Virus record (IMG/VR): IMGVR_UViG_3300021399_000113
Location: 1-64,000 of that record
Direction: 5' to 3' (one strand)
DNA length: 64,000 nt
From: a virus
Taxonomy: Duplodnaviria; Caudoviricetes
The notes beneath the pieces were generated by a model. The model saw nothing but the letters and a program-made list of their open reading frames with translations, searched no databases and was not told where the DNA came from. A program made the position numbers and the translations under genes. The first letter of the stretch is position 1, and every line of letters starts with the position of its first letter. Below are positions 59,536-64,000 of the stretch, in pieces.

Positions 59536-59955
59536 ATGAGATTTCAACTATTAGACGAGGCAGTTTGGTCTATCGAGAAAAATTTAAATAATCATTATCA
59601 TAAACACGTTGCTGGAGACGTGGAGTTTTCAGATAATGAATTTAAACTCATGCGAGAATTTCCAGATGAGGATGCCTATAAAATCAAAAGTGAGGAAATA
59701 TCACTATTGCCAGCACATCACATAGATGTTGATACTCAATTACAGCCACATGTAATTTATGGATTTTTGTCTGAGTATAATGGCAGATACAGAAGAATAA
59801 AAGTGATGCTTAATCCGTTTGTTCATAATCTTGTGTATGTATTAACATACAGCAACGAAGACGATGAGATTATATCTTTTTATAATATGACTATTAGAAA
59901 GATGAAAGATTATTTAAGTACCCACTATGTTCGTGACCTTGAGCCAGACGAATAA
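59536..59955 (+). CDS. hypothetical protein, possible BECR-type RNase
   Basis: L..HY.KHV and C-terminal ISFY; function tentative. Confidence 0.5.
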   Translation: MRFQLLDEAVWSIEKNLNNHYHKHVAGDVEFSDNEFKLMREFPDEDAYKIKSEEISLLPAHHIDVDTQLQPHVIYGFLSEYNGRYRRIKVMLNPFVHNLVYVLTYSNEDDEIISFYNMTIRKMKDYLSTHYVRDLEPDE

Positions 59956-59959
59956 CATA

Positions 59960-59988
59960 TTGACAAATCTTAATTATTGTTATATAAT
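59960..59988 (+). promoter_or_regulatory. sigmaA-type promoter
   Basis: TTGACA-N17-TATAAT. Confidence 0.85.
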
Positions 59989-60014
59989 GTAATCATGAAA
60001 GAGAGGTAATCAAT

Positions 60015-60254
60015 ATGACAATATTTGATTTGACAAGTGGTGTTGTTGAAGTGGTAAATGGATGGTGCACTGGCGCTACGGATGTTCTTGAGTGTGTAGA
60101 CAGAGTTGAAGAGTGGCTTAATGACCACTATGAGCTTACCACTGGTGGTGAATATTTCACTGTCGGAAATCGAAATGAAGATGGTTCTTATAACGTATAT
60201 GAAGATGACCTCTCCACAGATAACAGAGTGCTCAGATTCAGAGTTGTTATGTAA
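60015..60254 (+). CDS. hypothetical protein
   Basis: GAGAGGT RBS after promoter. Confidence 0.7.
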   Translation: MTIFDLTSGVVEVVNGWCTGATDVLECVDRVEEWLNDHYELTTGGEYFTVGNRNEDGSYNVYEDDLSTDNRVLRFRVVM

Positions 60255-60267
60255 GGGGGTATCTGCA

Positions 60268-60840
60268 TTGAACATTTTATATCTTCATGGACTTGGCAGT
60301 TCTGGAAACTCAAATACAGTAAAGCTTCTCAGAGAAGCACTTCCTAACGACACAATCTATGCACCAGACCTTCCTTTTGATATGAAGGATGCAGTGGAAT
60401 ATGTTCGTGAGTTTTATTATAGCCACAGCGTAGATGTAGTTATTGGAACATCTCTTGGTGGGTTTTATGCTTGCCTTTGTGGGGGTGTTTCTAAAATCAT
60501 TGTTAATCCAGCACTTAAGCCTGTCGAGGGTCTTACAAAGGTAGCTGAGAAGAACAATGGGGTATTAACCAATTTTGTAACCAATGAGTCTGTTCCTATT
60601 GAAAAGTATCTTGCTGACAATAAAGTGGCAGACATTGAAAAATATTTCTACGGATTTGTCTTTGATGGTGAACTGATTTCTGAGACGATAGCAGTCTTTG
60701 GTGACCATGATGAATTCTTTTCATTCAAAGATTTCTTTGCTCATTATTCAGATAATTATCATGTAATTAATTGCGGACATCGTATGACTGAAGAGGTCGC
60801 TAAGAAGACAATCCCCAACATTATACAGCATGAAATTTAA
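60268..60840 (+). CDS. YqiA/YcfP-like alpha/beta hydrolase
   Basis: YLHGLGSS, GTSLGG, NPA, D, GH; TTG start after GGGGG RBS. Confidence 0.85.
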   Translation: MNILYLHGLGSSGNSNTVKLLREALPNDTIYAPDLPFDMKDAVEYVREFYYSHSVDVVIGTSLGGFYACLCGGVSKIIVNPALKPVEGLTKVAEKNNGVLTNFVTNESVPIEKYLADNKVADIEKYFYGFVFDGELISETIAVFGDHDEFFSFKDFFAHYSDNYHVINCGHRMTEEVAKKTIPNIIQHEI

Positions 60841-61363
60841 GTTAACAGAGCACTTCATTAATTTAGTTAATGATGAAGATAAAAAGAAACAATATGTCAA
60901 TGAGGTGGTAGACCTTATCAATAAAGCATATGCAAATATAGGTGGGGCAAATCTTAACGTGGCAGAAATCATGGAAGATAACATCATGTGGAAACTGTGT
61001 TATCGTGGTGACCATATATCGGCTCTAACTCTATATAAGGTGTATGAGGGTAATAATCGTAAAGCCTTTATTGGATGTACTGATGGTACACCACAAGGCA
61101 AAGCAGATTTATATATGATAATGCGTGAAGATGCTAAACGTGATGTGTTTGTAGAAGTATCTCACGCAATGGAGCATATGTACACAAAATCTGGTGCGCA
61201 ATACATAGACAATAAAACGGCTGAGGCTATTCTTAAACAGCTCAACAAGAAAGTCATATCTCTTGACGATGATGGAATACATTATACACGTAATATTGGT
61301 AATGTACCAAGAGTCAAGGCTATGGTTGGTAAAATCCCATCTTGGTGGATGGGTTTTGAATAA
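60830..61363 (+). CDS. hypothetical protein
   Basis: 177-aa ORF beginning MKFKLTE. Confidence 0.75.
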   Translation: MKFKLTEHFINLVNDEDKKKQYVNEVVDLINKAYANIGGANLNVAEIMEDNIMWKLCYRGDHISALTLYKVYEGNNRKAFIGCTDGTPQGKADLYMIMREDAKRDVFVEVSHAMEHMYTKSGAQYIDNKTAEAILKQLNKKVISLDDDGIHYTRNIGNVPRVKAMVGKIPSWWMGFE

Positions 61364-61366
61364 GTA

Positions 61367-61395
61367 TTGACAAAAACATAGAGCTGTGATATAAT
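61367..61395 (+). promoter_or_regulatory. sigmaA-type promoter
   Basis: TTGACA-N17-TATAAT. Confidence 0.85.
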
Positions 61396-61423
61396 TACCA
61401 TTGTAATGAAGGAGGTATTGAAA

Positions 61424-61615
61424 ATGCTTACAAAACTTATTATGTTTCTCGTACATTTGCAGTATCGTAAAACACGTGCACGTGGATATGGTATCCATTA
61501 CATCGAAGGAACTGGTAAAGATTTCCCTAAATACCTCATTTACACTGAGGATGAAGCGTGTGCTAAGCTACTGAAAGAGGCTGTAGATAGCTTAGAAGAT
61601 GAGTTAAAATATTGA
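61424..61615 (+). CDS. hypothetical protein
   Basis: AGGAGGT RBS. Confidence 0.7.
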   Translation: MLTKLIMFLVHLQYRKTRARGYGIHYIEGTGKDFPKYLIYTEDEACAKLLKEAVDSLEDELKY

Positions 61616-61648
61616 TAGTATTTCATAAAAACATGGAGGTGCTCGATT

Positions 61649-62017
61649 ATGGCTAAAAAGGAAATTAGATACCATGAGACAAGTTATTTCGTTTCTTTAC
61701 GTGAAGACCCCAGATGTGGGGGTCAATATGCGAGTAGAATGGTTAAAGAAATGCGATGCTCTAATTGTCACACAAAGGTAAGTGCGAGTGCAAGATTTTG
61801 TCCCTCTTGTGGACAGCAGTTTTCTGGTAAAGAAGATTCTTATGCAAGTGGTATGAAAAAAGAGATTGCCAAGGAGAAAAGAAAACTTACTGCTATGAAA
61901 AAGAAGATTACCTGTTATGACAAAAAGGCAGTTAGTGAGATTGAAAAACAAGAAAAACTTGTTGACGAAATGCAACTCAAACTTTGGAATTATGAATTTA
62001 TTCCTGTTGAAAGTTAA
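61649..62017 (+). CDS. zinc-ribbon protein
   Basis: CSNC...FCPSCG. Confidence 0.75.
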   Translation: MAKKEIRYHETSYFVSLREDPRCGGQYASRMVKEMRCSNCHTKVSASARFCPSCGQQFSGKEDSYASGMKKEIAKEKRKLTAMKKKITCYDKKAVSEIEKQEKLVDEMQLKLWNYEFIPVES

Positions 62018-62023
62018 AGCATT

Positions 62024-62145
62024 ATCTTGGTGACGGAATAGGCAGACGTGGACGAGGATGTAATTAGTTAATCACTATCCCTTAATGGTTTGATACGGCT
62101 TACCTTTTGATAAAAGGATTGTAGGTTCAAGCCCTACCCAAGATA
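62024..62145 (+). ncRNA. tRNA-like RNA with enlarged anticodon region
   Basis: Acceptor ATCTTGG/CCAAGAT+A, Leu-type D arm, T arm GTAGG-TTCAAGC-CCTAC. Confidence 0.75.
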
Positions 62146-62159
62146 TTCGACTTTTAATA

Positions 62160-62304
62160 CGGACATGGGCATGGTTCACGCAACTCTTGTGTCTGGATGC
62201 ATACAGATATAAGAGCCGAAGAAGGTCTGAACAATAAGATAGTAAGAGTAGGTCGCTCCTACTAACTGTTATCTTATTTTTGGTTCGAATCCAAGAATGT
62301 CCGC
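62160..62304 (+). ncRNA. tRNA-like RNA with two long internal hairpins
   Basis: Acceptor CGGACAT/ATGTCCG, T arm TTTGG-TTCGAAT-CCAAG. Confidence 0.7.
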
Positions 62305-62325
62305 TTTAAATAGGAGGTTACAACA

Positions 62326-62682
62326 ATGAACATAGAAATTGATGAAAAGAGAGTAGATGAACTTGTAGAAAAGCATATCAATGAACGCATTGATAAAAGC
62401 TTCGATGCCTACATAAACAACGCAGTACAAATGCGTTTGGGCACAATAGCACATCGTATTTCTGAGACAAGCAATGACAGCTATGACTTGATGAAGAAGA
62501 CAATAGAGCGTATAGTGCGGGAAGAAGTGAAAAGACGTTTAGATGAAATGAACTTCTTCACAGAAGAAAAACTTACAGAAATATCAAAAGATATAGCATT
62601 AGATTTATCATGGAAATTGGCACGAGATATAACCGAAATCGTATCTGCTCATCTTGCTCCTGTAGAAGAGGAAGACGATTAA
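62326..62682 (+). CDS. hypothetical protein
   Basis: AGGAGGT RBS. Confidence 0.75.
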   Translation: MNIEIDEKRVDELVEKHINERIDKSFDAYINNAVQMRLGTIAHRISETSNDSYDLMKKTIERIVREEVKRRLDEMNFFTEEKLTEISKDIALDLSWKLARDITEIVSAHLAPVEEEDD

Positions 62683-62706
62683 ATCTCGTTGAGTAAGGGG
62701 GGGGGG

Positions 62707-62735
62707 TTGACAAATCTCTTTTCCTATGCTATAAT
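62707..62735 (+). promoter_or_regulatory. sigmaA-type promoter preceded by G10 tract
   Basis: TTGACA-N17-TATAAT. Confidence 0.85.
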
Positions 62736-62784
62736 ACCTTCAGAGTTGAGATGGTTGACACACTTTCACATAGGAGGTAATTGC

Positions 62785-62955
62785 ATGGTTGCATATAACA
62801 TCAAATATACTTTGAAAAGTGACCCTACAAGAAGAGAGATATTGGTAGAAGCAAGTAACCTTATGTATGCAAAGAAGAAAATTGCTCGTAAGCATGGGTA
62901 CAAAGCAAGTAGGATGGTAACAATCGAAAGCGTTGGTGTCGTTGGATATATGTAA
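62785..62955 (+). CDS. small hypothetical protein
   Basis: AGGAGGT RBS before ATG 62785. Confidence 0.65.
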   Translation: MVAYNIKYTLKSDPTRREILVEASNLMYAKKKIARKHGYKASRMVTIESVGVVGYM

Positions 62956-63171
62956 ATAATCAATTGTGTTGGCGGTTATATGCGAAAATATCAAAAACAT
63001 CACTGGCTTCGAGAGGGTATGAAAGAATCCAGAAAGCATTTTAAACGAGAATGGAATCGCAAAGCAAGGCACACTAAAACCATAATGAACCACTGTTCAT
63101 ACAAGAAACTTGCAAAAATATCCATTTTTCGTTATGTACCTTAACAAAGCGGTGTATTAATTATTTAACAT

Positions 63172-63309
63172 GGGTGACTTCGTAATGGTGCGATTCCCTT
63201 GTCGGCAGATGGGGGACGAAAGCGGTTCGATTCCGCAGAAAAACAGACTCTTGCACGGAGTAGGTTTTGAAGCCTTGGTGGTGAGACGGTTCGATTCCGT
63301 AGTTGCTCT
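63172..63309 (+). ncRNA. tRNA-like RNA with two T arms
   Basis: Closing stem GGGTGACT/AGTTGCTC; two CGG-TTCGATT-CCG arms. Confidence 0.65.
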
Positions 63310-63324
63310 TTGTGCGGTGACGAT

Positions 63325-63737
63325 GAAGTAGATAGGCACACAGACACATAATCAACTTACACTGTAGGTTATGTGATGTGGAGTTCGATAGTGTAAGGTC
63401 GGCTCTCCTTCCTCTCTTCGTACAATAACAAGTCCCCACCTTTGAGGCAATATACCTGCGGTGGTCGGTGAACGTTGATAGTTGTCTGTGTGCCTCCTGA
63501 GGGAGCAACGATGGACGGACAGATGAAATCCGATGGAGATAAAGGCTAATAAACCTCTCAAAACCTCTGTCAAGTGCCTTGACATAAAAATATGGTGCGA
63601 CAGAAGACTTGACTGTCGTTAGAATTAACTGAGGCAAAACGACCTCGAAACTGAAGCATAGACTTCGTATAAGGTTGGGAGTAAACGGACTCATAAGGCT
63701 GAGTAGCACTGAGGGTGTTTCGACTGCACCACTTCCA
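63325..63737 (+). ncRNA. large structured RNA of unknown family
   Basis: 13-bp stem 63334-63346/63483-63495, many hairpins, 3' T-arm-like GGTGT-TTCGACT-GCACC; boundaries approximate. Confidence 0.6.
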
Positions 63738-63849
63738 TTTCGCTCATAATGTAAACATAAGTTTCAGAGATAAGCAGAGATAACATCAATGCCCTTTGAT
63801 AACTTATGAGATGTTGAGGGAGATTGCATCAAAGCAACAGAAATGAGCG

Positions 63850-63989
63850 TTCTCGGTGGCGGAATGGGTAGTCGCTTATAAGCAAAAATCTTCGTGAGGA
63901 TGCAGTGAGTAAGGCTCTCTGAGAACGGCAAACTTGAACGTATGCAGGTTTCGTGAGGCTATGTGAGGTTCGAATCCTCACCCGAGAAA
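63850..63989 (+). ncRNA. tRNA-like RNA with enlarged anticodon region
   Basis: Acceptor TTCTCGG/CCGAGAA+A, D arm GCG-GAATGGGTAGT-CGC, T arm GTGAGG-TTCGAAT-CCTCAC. Confidence 0.75.
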
Positions 63990-64000
63990 GCGGTGCGATG

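Noticed and set aside
60106-60267. Long N-terminal extension of the hydrolase overlapping ORF 60015
   Set aside because: The hydrolase fold starts at TTG 60268, which has its own RBS; the upstream part is incidental open frame.
63161-63709. 182-aa minus-strand ORF and smaller neighbours
   Set aside because: Antisense to structured RNAs in locally GC-richer DNA; no RBS or protein-like features.
63325-63737. tmRNA call
   Set aside because: No GGGG 5' end with G3-U70 acceptor and no convincing tag peptide; kept as unassigned ncRNA.
1-64000. Alternative genetic code (stop-codon reassignment)
   Set aside because: TAG and TGA end genes at tight junctions (e.g. 7747, 13285, 26882), and all breaks in conserved genes are explained by introns, an insertion or frame changes.
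1-64000. CRISPR array
   Set aside because: No repeat-spacer series seen; the 28769-28826 repeat has only two copies.

Overview
AT-rich, almost entirely plus-strand segment of a large tailed phage, probably a myovirus given the baseplate wedge genes. Strong AGGAGG RBSs and 18 consensus TTGACA-N17-TA(T/C)(A/T)AT promoters point to a Bacillota host (inference). Gene order: end of the baseplate module; SNF2 helicase; early small-ORF cluster with tRNA-Ile(UAU); replisome (DnaC, DnaB, primase, SSB, family A polymerase split by two group I introns carrying LAGLIDADG and GIY-YIG endonucleases, beta clamp, RecU, RecA); accessory genes (RlmN-like radical SAM, DUF262, SPFH, RNA ligase/PNK/HD); bacterial-type clamp loader (DnaX with intein, delta', delta); Thg1; SbcCD; PDF-like protein; DNA methyltransferase; NrdH/NrdD (group I intron)/NrdG; an HNH-split gene; and a terminal cluster of structured RNAs. 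Main finding: the DnaX intein has no recognisable in-frame endonuclease. Instead a 258-codon Zn-repeat plus Vsr/DUF559(EDxHD)-type endonuclease is encoded in the +1 frame entirely inside it, while the intein frame stays open. Other notable items are four enlarged tRNA-shaped RNAs with no normal anticodon arm, an RF2-type CTT-TGA-C +1 frameshift in Thg1, and RBS-sequestering hairpins containing a shared TTGTATA motif. All product calls come from motif recognition by eye; no database searches were run.
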